Assembly (NCBI RefSeq): GCF_963921235.1
Contig: NC_086097.1
Span: 133,426,001 to 133,490,000 of the forward strand
DNA length: 64,000 nt
Reading direction: 5' to 3'
Source of the DNA: Mobula hypostoma
Taxonomy: Eukaryota
The notes beneath the pieces were generated by a model. It did no database searches. It was given only the letters and a program-made list of their open reading frames with translations, and had not been told where the DNA came from. Of the stretch, positions 11,856 to 22,262 are shown one piece after another. A program made the position numbers and the translations under genes. How positions within the stretch are numbered: the stretch's first letter is position 1; each line of letters starts with the position of its first letter.

Positions 11856-12502
11856 ATGTCCACAGCTCTCCTCTCACCCACTGTCGATTATTACAACGAC
11901 GAGGAGGAGCTAGACAGCATTGACGATGAGGACAATGCAGTATCTGTAGCCGTGACTCAGATGAAGATAGAGGATGCAAGGGAGACAGATGTTGCCAATA
12001 AGCAGTATGATGAAGACTACCTGGAAGTAAAAGAGCAGATGTACCAGAAGAAATTGACATCTCTCAAAAGACAGCTACAGCAGTTACAGGAAGGCACTTA
12101 GCAGGAGTATCAGAAAAGGATGAAGAAACTAGATCAACAATACAAGAATACGAAATGCAGAGCTTTTTCTGCAACTGAAGACAGAACAAGTGGAAAGGAA
12201 TTATATTAAAGAGAAGAAAGCAGCAGTGAAGGAATTTGAAGATAAAAAGATTGAGTTAGAAGAAAAGAAAAAGATGATTGAGAATGAGAGGCTATCAATA
12301 GAACTCACAGGAGATTCTATGGAGGTAAAGTGAATAATGACTAGGAAACTAAGGAGGAGACCTAATGACCCTGTTCCAATTACCAACAAAAGACGAAAAC
12401 ATGCACCTGCGCTGTTAAAATACTTGTTAACAGATGAACAGATAATGGAAGATCTGCGAACTCTCAATAAGCTTAAATCTCCAAAATGACCAGCATCTCC
12501 AT
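11856..12502 (+). pseudogene. SUDS3: SUDS3 (Sin3-HDAC subunit SDS3) processed pseudogene, 5' part
   Basis: Intronless [119 protein letters not shown]; matches recalled vertebrate SUDS3; has stops and indels. Confidence 0.95.
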
Positions 12503-13473
12503 TCAAACAGAACAGTTTTCACACAAAGTAAATCTCAAACCAATCATTTCCTCCATTGAGAATCATACACTTAATCCTTTGCAGGAAAGTTTCTTTTGCA
12601 AGTACATATTCTGAATCCTCAGCCAATGTGTCTTGTTTTTCACAAAGAAGTTGGGAAACATCATCAAAAGCGAGGCAAATTCTGGCAACAAACTGTAAGG
12701 TTTCTACTGTTGTATTTTCACAGTTGTGCTGAATGTGCACCTGAAGGAATTCTCCCCCTTGAGCCAGACTGCAGGTAATCCTTAATATCAGCAAAACTGC
12801 ACTTTAACAGCAGCTTAAGAACAATGGAATGAACAACAGGATTTCAATCAACTGCTTCATCAAACGGTGAATGATTACTGGTAAAGTACTGATCTTTCTG
12901 TAAGTCATTGGATTGTCCCGAGTTTTGAATAACTAGCAGAGACAGCAGATCACCAACTACTTCTTTGCTGGTGGCAAGTGATCTTTGAAACAGACCATGG
13001 AAACCGAAGCTATGAAAAATGCATCACACCTCTTGCGAAATATGACTAATTTTGCTACAGCTTCACTTATTTCTTCTGTTACCACTACTACTACTACTAC
13101 GTCGACTCAGGCCTAGGGGGTACATAATTATCATCTACAGAAGTACGGCACAGTGGGCAGAGTCGTTGTCCTGATTCAAGCCACCGCTTTATACATCTTA
13201 AACAGTAAAAATTATCACATGGAAGCAGGATGGGATCACTGAGTTCTCCTAAACAAATTGTACATTCTTTCAGATCATACCTGAAGAACAGACATCCTGC
13301 ACTATTTTCACAGTCCGAGGACTTGAACCACAGCCCAAAAGAGCCCTCGGGATCTCACATCAAAGTTACTGTTCAAACTCTTTGCAAGTTGACCAACATA
13401 GAATGCAACCTTGTTCTCCAATTTATCATGTATTTCTTTAACTTCCAAAATGATGTGTTCCACAAAAAGTGAT
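12503..13473 (-). pseudogene. RNF213: RNF213 (mysterin) processed internal fragment including the RING finger
   Basis: SLFVEHIIL..., RING CTICLGELSDPILLPCDNFYCLRCIKRWLESGQRLCPLC (13148-13264), FRKRCDAFFIASVSMVCFKDHLPP, SPFDEAVD*NPVVHSIVLKLLLKCSFADIKDYLQ, VETLQFVARICLAFD, NDWFEIYFV*KL; colinear with recalled human RNF213; flanked by AGCATCTCCAT duplication. Confidence 0.9.
13086..13117 (-). mobile_element. 32-bp extreme 3' end of a non-LTR element with (GTA)n tail
   Basis: Minus strand CCTAGGCCTGAGTCGACG(TAG)n interrupts the RNF213 codons YVP|VVTEE; family not determined. Confidence 0.55.
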
Positions 13474-13765
13474 AGCATCTCCATCTTCTCCTGAGCATCT
13501 TCCCAGCACTCCTGCTGAATCACCAACACAAAGATATGAAGCAGAAATAGAAGATTGAAAGTTATATTACGATTAGAGATGGTATCATAAAGGTCAGGCT
13601 ATCTATTTGGAATCCAAGGAGAATACGAAGACTGGCTGTGTAATTAGCTCAGTTGGAACAAATGAGATATGGGTAAGGAAGACAAGTGATAGCACAAAGA
13701 TGCGTCTATATCTAGGACAGCTGCACAGACGAGTCTTCATTATACGGAGGCGATCTGCTGCCTAG
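13474..13765 (+). pseudogene. SUDS3: SUDS3 processed pseudogene, 3' part to the stop codon (3' UTR continues to ~13860 with ATTAAA at 13851)
   Basis: [94 protein letters not shown]. Confidence 0.95.
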
Positions 13766-13871
13766 AACTCTTAGCAAGTTGGAGGCGCACATCTTCTTAA
13801 CTCCCTATGCTCGGAGGTCAACTTTTCATGACTTTTATATGGAAATCTGTATTAAAACAAACAAGGTTATT

Positions 13872-13910
13872 GACAGACATTACCCGGAGAGGCAGAGAAG
13901 ACCCCCCCAC
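13872..13910 (+). mobile_element. Gypsy integrase extreme C-terminus remnant
   Basis: Encodes DRHYPERQRRPP, matching the RRYPxRxRRPP ending typical of Mag-like Gypsy pol; short, so moderate confidence. Confidence 0.6.
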
Positions 13911-13920
13911 CCCAATCAAA

Positions 13921-14700
13921 AGTGGTGACGTTATCAGCATATAGGAGGAAGGTTGAAAATCTGGTTGAATGGTGCCATAACAGCAACACAGAAAACCTAC
14001 AGCACAATACAGACCCTTTGGCCCACAAAGCTGTGCTGAACATGTCCTTACCTTAGAAATTACCTAAGGTTACCCATAGCCCTCTATTTTTTTTTTAAGC
14101 TCCATGTATCTACCCAGGAGACTCTTAAAAGACCCTATCGTATCCGCCTCCACCACTGTCGCCGGCAGCCCATTTCCACGCATTCACCACTCTCTGCGTA
14201 AAAAACCTACCCCTGACATCTCCTCTGTACCTACTTCCAAGCACCTTAAAACTGTGCCCTCTCGTGTTAGCCATTTCAGCCCCGGGAAAAAGCCTCTGAC
14301 TATACACATGATCAATGCCTCATCATCTTATACACCTCTATCAGGTCGGCTCTCATCCTCCATCACTCCAAGGTTCATTCAACCTATTCTCATAAGGCAT
14401 GCTCCCCAATCCAGGCAACATCCTTGTAAATCTCCTCGGCAACCTTTCTACAGTTTCCATATCTTTCATGTAGTGAGGTGACCAGAACTGAGAACAGTAC
14501 TCCAAGAGGGGTCTGACCAGGGTCCTATAGAGCTGTAACCTCTCACTCAGTGTCAGCAAGACAAAAGGGCTGATTATTGATTACAGGAGCGGAAACCAGA
14601 GGTCCACAAGCCAGTCCTCATTTGGGGATTGAAGATGGAGAGGTTCAGTATCTTTATATTCTTTCGCAATATCATTTCAGGGAATCTGTCCTGGGACCAG
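13921..14700 (+). mobile_element. Rex/Babar RT fragment interrupted by a minus-strand CR1 3' fragment (~13988-14536)
   Basis: SAYRRKVENLVEWCHNSN ... NLSLSVSKTKGLIIDYR on the + strand; CR1 RTLVRPLLEYCSQFWSPH and TRGHSFKV on the - strand. Confidence 0.8.
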
Positions 14701-15574
14701 GCTGTTCTTCGCACTTGGACCCGGGCCACGCCACAGCTATACGCTCTCATTCTGGACCCGAAGACACATTCCAGCCTGCATCGATTTAGGTGGATGGGCT
14801 CCAAAACTCCTCCACTAAGACTTCACTCTGCTTCGCTTCCTCCAACTCCATCTCTGATTCTCACTTAGTCTCAAAAAAGCCTTGATCTCGCTCCAACTCC
14901 ATCTCACACCCATACGTCTCAACACTCGGATCAGCCTTCTTTCGTTCACTTCTTCATTGTTTGCAGTGATCGTTTACCACAATTTTCCATATAAGTGCTA
15001 TTAATAGAGTATTTTGTATTTAGAGTAATAGAGTATTTAGCCAGATTCCAGAGAAAACACTGTGCATGAAAAAACATTTATCTTTTTAAATAACTATTTA
15101 CCAATTGCCAACACTAATGCTTATGGCTTATGTTCACTGTTTAAGTTTAAAAAAAAGTTGCAAGAGGATACCAGTAGAACAAAGAAAAACACAGAGCTCA
15201 GAATGAGTCTATTCATTTGGACTTATACATGCCAACATTAGCTGCCCAAAGATGTCTGGTTTAGGTTCATTTCCACATTTGTCTCATTAAGGTCAAGGTT
15301 ACTTCCTTGAAATTTCCAATTTCCCTTTTTCCAGAGACACTTTGCATGAAAAAATTTCTTTTCACACTGCCAGGTAACAGACACTCCTCCTTGCACCAAA
15401 CCGACGATCAATGAGAGGAACGGTAGTTCTTACACCATTTTAATATACTGTGCAGATAAACATTGCATCGTGCAGGAAAAGTGAATAGCAAAGAAAAGTC
15501 ATTTGGCCAATCTTAAATGCCTCTTTCCGATCCTGTGCATAGGTCAACCAGGTTTTATTTGAGTTTCCCCCAAC

Positions 15575-15850
15575 TCTCCTCTCCCATCAGATTCCTTCAA
15601 CAGCCTAACTTTTCTCACTTTACTCCCCCCCCCACCCGCCTTCTTTCCCCTTCACCTGGCTTCATGGATTAACTTCCAACTTGTACTCCTACCTCTCCTC
15701 TCCCACCATCTTCATCTGACTTTTCCCCCTTCCTTGCTAGTCCTAATGAAAGGTCTCAGTCCGAAACGTCAACTGTTTATTCCTCATCCTAGATGCTGCC
15801 TGACCTGGAGGTCCTCCAGCATTTTGTGTTATTCTGGATTTCCAGCATAT
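15575..15850 (+). mobile_element. Penelope 3' terminal fragment with mutated hammerhead motif (15739-15774)
   Basis: Pyrimidine-rich body, then AGTCCTAATGAAAGGTCTCAGTCCGAAACGTCAACT and GATGCTGCCTGACC...CCAGCATTTTGTG. Confidence 0.75.
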
Positions 15851-17299
15851 TGTAGTACACACCAGCAAAATAGTTTTTTTCCAGTGAACCTGGTGAGTTT
15901 AAAAGAAGCAGGAAAGATTCAGACACTCCATACCACAGCTCTGACTGCTATCCCACCTACATTCCTGACCCCTCAGATTCCCAACCCTGGCTCTGGTTGC
16001 ACAAGCAGCCCATTTTCTGGCTGTACACCCTGCTTACACACTGGACTAGCAGCTCACATTCCAGACCAATGGGATAGATGCTGAGTGAAAAAAAAGGATT
16101 TCTGAATAATTAGATGCCAGATTACTGGTCAAACTTTTAAAAATGTTTTCCTATTCTTCCTACCGGAATCATATTCCACATACCTTTCCTTGCCCCACAT
16201 CTACATTGCTTTGCATATTCTCTACTGTTTACTCTCCATTTGCTTCTTCAATAAATTTTGATCTCATCATCCTTGTGCTAATCATAGCCTACCAACCTGA
16301 AAATGCCCATTAATTCTAACTTCCTTTACTGTCCTTTACTCAGTCACTCCACATCATTGCTTAGCTTCTTATGTGCCAGCTTACTGAACGTCTTCTGAAA
16401 CTGCAGAAACCATGCACTGTTGGAACCCATTTCCCTTCCATAAACCTACATCAAATCTGCCTAGTGCTTTCAGTACAACCACATTGTACTTTCAGCATGA
16501 TTGCTAAGTGATCAGATGAACCAATCGTTTCCTAATTCTCTTGCTATATTTCATATATTAATAGTTTCAATTCCTCACTATATTAGCAACAGAAGGAAGT
16601 CTTCCAAGTATGTTTCTTTCACAATGGAATACACATGTTAAATACTATATTTGTCTTTAAATCCTTATACTATTCATCTGCTATTTACCAATTAATCTGA
16701 TTTTCTTCATGAGGAAGTTACTCCCAAGTACTCTCCAATCTAATGTAAAAATTCTATCATATAATGTTTACTCATCCCTGGGCAATAGCAGTATTATGAC
16801 ATTACTTTTTAATGTCGTCTTATTAACACAAGTTCGAAATAGCTGTCCTCATTGGTTCCACGGCATATGCCTTCCCAAGTTGTGACCACTCTTCACTTCT
16901 GCAGCTACAAGGTCCTTTATCATTGGATCAAGCCCAAGCACAAACACCACCCTCCCACCCATTCACATCCTTCTCTGAGCCCCAGTCCTATTATCTTTTT
17001 CAGTGCTAAACATCAAATGCACTGGAACAGTCTCCTACATTGTTCAGAGTGACTATATCCCTGTTACAGTTAAATCAGATCAATTATATCAGTAGATATT
17101 ATTTTAAATGATTTTTGAAAGCAGGTTTCATTTTAACATCATAATTTTTCCAAATTTGACCTTCCTAATTAATGCATCATAAAATTCATCATCCTTTCCT
17201 GATACAGAATTATTTATTACCAAACTGCTCCTTTAGCTACAAATTTTCATATTAAACTCCCCTTTGTCTCCAAAGTAAAAAGATTAATGAAATAGTTAT

Positions 17300-17380
17300 C
17301 AACTGCTTCTGTCTCTCCAGGTAATCCGAGACAGCTTCAATGACGTTGAGATCGGGATTCTGTGGAAGCCATACCATCTG
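17300..17380 (-). mobile_element. Tc1 transposase fragment
   Basis: WLPQNPDLNVIEAVSDYLER resembles the WPxQSPDLNPIE motif. Confidence 0.7.
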
Positions 17381-17504
17381 AAACCATATATTTAAGAAAT
17401 TAGGATGCACAAGACCTTCGTATAGTACTTTATCTCTGATATTACTTAGCCACACATTAATATCAGTTATGCAAGCTTTTCTAATAATATCATGCAGTTT
17501 TCTT

Positions 17505-17880
17505 GCTGCTGCCATCAGGTAGAAGGTACAAGTGCCTCAGGACTTGCACCACCAAGTTCAAGAACAGTTACTACCCCTCAGCCATCAGGCTCTTGAACAA
17601 AAGGGGATAACTACACTCATTCTACTTCTGGTGTTCCCACAACAGATGGTCTCACTTTAAGGACTTTTCAGCTTGTTATTTCATGCTCTTTCATTTCATG
17701 TTACTTCATACTAGTTATTTATTGCTATTAATTTATTTTTGCCTTTGCATAGTTTGTTGTTCATTGATCCTGTTTCAGTTACTGTTTTATAGATTTCCTA
17801 AGTATGCCTGCAGGAAAAGAATCTCAGGGTTACATGTGGTGACATGTATATACATTGATAATAAATTTTACTTTTGATCT
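17505..17880 (+). mobile_element. Rex/Babar 3' end
   Basis: LLPSGRRYKCLRTCTTKFKNSYYPSAIRLLN, followed by 3' UTR and AATAAA. Confidence 0.8.
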
Positions 17881-18061
17881 TTAGAAGTTTGCTTTCATTA
17901 CAGCTATAAATGTAAGAGAACACTGATACTCAAGCTGCATTATCCATCAAGGTATCACTTGATCTCCTCTTGTATGTCAAAGAAACAAAGGAGAAAGAAT
18001 TTCTGATCCTTTTTTTGCCCCAAATGAGGAAAAGAAAACTTTGCTGGATCCAGAAGGGAAT

Positions 18062-18560
18062 TAGTGCCTTGAAAAAGTATTCAGCCCCCACAACTATTTT
18101 CACATTTTATTGTTTCACCTTCTAAATTTACATATTAAAGTAGGAATTTTTGAGCTAATCTATAAAAGATTGCACATCATGTTAAATGCCCCTCTAAACT
18201 TAGTCGCCGGAAAAGAATGACACTTGTAAGAGAGGGTACTGTGATGCCAACAGTCTCTCTAAGTGAGCTACGGAAGTCAGTGGCTGCAACTAGAGGTGAA
18301 GATCATGGCTCTATAATCTCTAAGGCCTTGCAAAAATGGCAATTAATCTAAGAGTGGCAAGGAGGAAGCTCTGACTCAAAAAATACACATCCTTGCCTAT
18401 ATAAACTTTGTGAAGTATCACCAAGATACTGTAAAGATGTGAAAAATGAGACTAAAGTGAAACATTTTGGCCTGAACACTAAGCAGTAAATGTATTCCGG
18501 CTCTGCACCATTGCCTAGGTCAGATAGGTCTTCCTCAGATGTGAAGTAAAGTTGAGGCAA
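18062..18560 (+). mobile_element. Tc1-family transposon remnant
   Basis: TIR-like (C)AGTGCCTTGAAAAAGTATTCAGCCCC; decayed transposase LVREGTVMPTVSLSELRKSVAA, RVARRK, ETKVKHFG. Confidence 0.78.
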
Positions 18561-20210
18561 TAAGGACTAAACTCACCAGAGTGTAGAAGAATAGTAAGTG
18601 ATTTTATTGAAAAATATTTTGAAGGAAGTCAACAGAATGGATGCTGAAAGGATGTTGCCTCTAATGGGGGTATAGTTGCAGAACAAAGGATTGGCATTTA
18701 AGAAGCACAGAAGGAATTTATTTCTCAGAGGATCATGATTCTTTGTTATTCTCTGTCCCAGAGGGACATGAAGATGCAGTCATGAAAATATTCAAAGGTG
18801 AGACTGACAGATATTTGAACTACAATGGAGTCGAGGCCAAGTTTGGATCAGCCATGATCTTAGACATAGTGCAGCTAGCTTGAGGACCAACAGAACTACT
18901 TCTGTTCCTTCTGATCTTCTGCACAGTACTACGAAATTATCAAATCACATAGCATTCTTTTTGAATAAACAGAGAAAATAACATGCACTCCCTTGAAGGA
19001 CATTTTTATAGAAAGATGCTGCATCAGCACTTGGTAACACTAATACTTTTAGAAAGACAGTCTTTAAAAGATATAGTGAACATGAAACTACACATCTCTT
19101 AATTGTTATTCTATCACTGATATATTAGCATAGGAGAAGGCCAAAAAGTAAGTTACAATAGCATATAAAAATTCTCCCAAAACTTGCAAGCCCTGATAAA
19201 AAATACACAAAGAATGTGATTGGGCCATACAATGTTGGGCTCCTTACATGGCATACAATGTTTTCCTGTAAAACATTGTACCATAACCACCACTTTAACT
19301 ACTTTAAAACTTCAGTTCATTGCAAATACAAGGATACAAGAAATGGCATATTTAGCCTATTCCGCCCTTCAAGTCTGTTCTCCACCATTCAATAAAATGA
19401 TGGATGCTTAATCTTGAACTCTGCTTCAATTTAGAATCAGTCATTTGCATGGAAATGGCCTATTCAGCCCACCAAATCTATGCCAATCAGTGGGCACCTA
19501 ATAATCACATCTTCCAACACTTTGCCCAAAGTCTAAATACTTCAAGTTTTCTAGAAACATACTTTTTAAATGCTGTCAGTAATTCTTTCTCCAATCACTA
19601 TCTCAGGCAGTCCATTCCAATTACTCACCAACTTCTGGGCCGAAAAAAAAATTCCCATCAAATCTCTTACCCCTCACACTAAAATCCATGTCCTCTAGTT
19701 TTATTCACTTCTGATATAGGGAAACGTTTACTGCAGTCTACCCCATCTATATGCCTTGTAATTTTATATACCTCAACTATGTCCCCTCTTAACCTCCTCT
19801 GCTCCAAGGAAAACTAGATTCTCCAGTCTCCATTCACAACTGAAACATTCCACCCAGGCAACACACCAGTGAATCCCCTGCACTCTATCTAGCACTATAT
19901 AATGTCAGTTCCTCATAATCCTTGACTCTCCTAAAGAGCAAATATCCTATCGTGTTCTTGATTACGTTCAGCCCACAGAATTTTCTGGGTGTAAATAATT
20001 CCAAAGGTTCACAACCCTCAAAGGAAATTCATCTTAAATGGGCAATTCCTTTATTCTGAAGTTTCCTAGAACTCTTGAAATTTTCTGTCAGGACCCTTGT
20101 CTACTTCAAACAAGTTAATAAAAATACACTAAATGACAAAAACCTCCAATTAAAAAAAAATCCAAGCAAGGACAGAGAATTCACATTTCAGTTGTTAATT
20201 GTTAACTAGG

Positions 20211-20495
20211 GTTGGCATGTTAGTGTAGTGGTTAGCACAACATTTTACAGTGCAGGCGCCCCGGGATTCAATTCCCACAGCTGCCTGTAAGGAGTTTGTA
20301 TGTTCTCCCCGTGACCACATGGGTTTCCTTTGGGTGTTTTGATTTCCTCCCAAAGTCCAAAAACTTACTGATTAGTAGGTTAATTAGTCATTAAAATTAT
20401 CCCATGACTAGGCTAGGATTAAATTGGGGGATTGCTGGGCATGTGGCTTGAAGAGCCTATTCTGCGCTGTATCTCAATAAATAAATAAACAAACA
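20211..20495 (+). mobile_element. V-domain tRNA-derived SINE
   Basis: A box TAGTGTAGTGG, B box GGATTCAATTCC, V-domain TTTCCTCCCAAAGTCCAAAAAC, (AATA/AAAC)n tail. Confidence 0.85.
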
Positions 20496-21153
20496 AACAA
20501 ACCAACCTTGTGCCAGAATGGAAATAGTTCTATTGAAAGGTAACCATGCTTTAACCAAATCAAATAAAACCTAGTTTTCTTATTGTATCTGAGTAAAGAT
20601 TCAAGATTAAGAAAAAGTTAATATTCAACAAAAGCAGGTTTAACATAATTTTTGTTGATTGCCATTCACACAAAGCACTAACTTGAGAAAGCTAAGACAT
20701 TTCTTCTGACCAATCCTTCTTCCAACATTGTTAAAGTTTATTTAATTGCACATGAACCAGAATACAATGTTCCAAAAACAAATATACAATTTTAAAGACC
20801 TATACTGACAACCCAAGCTTTACAGCCATTTAAGTTACTGAAATTTGCCTTTTCAGAATTCTTAAATCATTACCTAGGAATTTGAAATACAGATTAAAAT
20901 TCATTCTTATAATAATTTATGTGAAAAGCAGATAAGTCAACAAAAAAGTTATGCTTTTTTCAAACTGCTTTTCTTGATGCAGGCACAGATTTCAATTTGG
21001 CAGTACTGAAAACCATGATATGTTCTGTTTTTCAAGAACGAATCTACACTTCCAAACCCATAACAAGGAATCACTTGTATAAAACAGCTTTAAGATACAA
21101 AAGGAAATCCTTGCTACTTTCTCTTTTCTACGGTTGTATGGATTTCTTCTTCG

Positions 21154-21345
21154 CAACACACACAAAATGCTGGAGGAACTCAGGCAGCCAGGCAGCATCT
21201 AGAAAAAGAGTGCAGTCGACCTTTCTGGCCGAAACCCTTTTGTGAGTGTTCTCTTTTCCTACGTGCTGCCTGGCCTGCTAAGTTCCTCCAGTATTTTGTG
21301 TGTGTTGCTTGGATTTCCAGCATCTGCAGATTTTCTCATGTTTGT
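21154..21345. mobile_element. Penelope termini in inverted arrangement
   Basis: CAACACACACAAAATGCTGGAGGAACTC... followed by its reverse complement ...GTTCCTCCAGTATTTTGTGTGTGTTG. Confidence 0.8.
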
Positions 21346-21677
21346 GAATGGATCCCTTATCAGCTTATTTTTCCAGGGAATTTTAAAATAATTTGCATTC
21401 AAAGTACTGTAATAGTCAACAAACTTCTAACCATAGCAGGGGAATTAAGGGTTATGGGGAAAAGGCGGGTAAATGGAGCTGAGTTTACAGTCAGATCAGC
21501 CATGATCTTATTGAATGGCCGGGCAGGCTCAATGGGCCGGATGGCCTACTGTTGCTCCTATTTCTTATGTTATCACAGATCACAGGAAAAATATTTGCAT
21601 CACACCTAAAGAAACAATCCTTAGTCAAATAAAAGGAAGTAAAGATTTGGTAAAATGGATGATAATTTTTCAAATAA

Positions 21678-22262
21678 TAAGACCATAAGACATGAGAGCA
21701 AAATTAGACCATTTGGTCCATTGAGTCTACTTTGCCATTTCATCATGGCTGATCCATTTTTCCTCTCAACCCGAATCTCCTGCCTTTTCCCCTTATCCCT
21801 TCATGCCCTGACCAATCAAGAATCTATCAACATCTGCCTTAAATATACATGCAGACTTAGCCTCCATGACTACCTGTAGCAACAATTTTCAGAGATTCAC
21901 CACTCTCCGGTGAAAGAAATTCCTCATCTCCATTCTAAAAGGACGCCCCTCTATTCTGAGGCTATCTCCTCTGGTCTTAGACTCTCCCACCATAGGATAT
22001 CTCCTCTCCACATTCATTCTATCAAAGCCTTTCACTGGGGTTCAAATGGGGTCACCCTTCAATCTTCTGAATTCCAGTGAATACAGGCCCAGAGCCATCA
22101 AACACTCTTCATATGACAAACCTTTCAAACCTGGAATCATTTTTGTGAACCTCTTTTGAATCCAATCCAGTTTCAGCATATCCTTTCTAAGGGGCACAAA
22201 ACTGCTCACAATACTCCAAGTGAGGTCTCACCAGTGCTTTATAAAGTCTCAACATTACATCA
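21678..22262 (-). mobile_element. CR1 3' fragment
   Basis: TAAGACCATAAGACAT tail; sequence homologous to the CR1 3' end at 3498-4080. Confidence 0.85.

Noticed and set aside
11930..11972. Compensating frameshifts in SUDS3 (NAVSVAVTQMKI replacing a CSICSRDSDED-like frame) as a sign of selection
   Set aside because: Two small deletions summing to 3 nt can occur by chance, and nearby nonsense codons show no maintained frame
11667..12101. 144-aa ORF as a currently functional gene
   Set aside because: GTG start inside a decayed protease, premature stop at 12099, and several further stops and indels in both gag and SUDS3
13474..13529. N-terminus of the minus ORF 13308-13529 as RNF213 sequence
   Set aside because: This part is the antisense of SUDS3 ([17 protein letters not shown]); RNF213 similarity starts only at the duplication boundary
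13911..15050. 3' LTR of the SUDS3-carrying Gypsy element
   Set aside because: No match to 10135-10262 found by eye; the region is Rex/Babar, CR1 and other repeat sequence
15885..15892. Plus-strand 8-nt microexon (TTTTTTTCCAG|TGAACCTG|GTGAGT)
   Set aside because: Not frame-preserving and opposite to the inferred host gene; no supporting plus-strand gene
17160..17198. Minus-strand peptide KDDEFYDAL resembling an FFAT motif
   Set aside because: Poor polypyrimidine tract and donor; too short to support an exon
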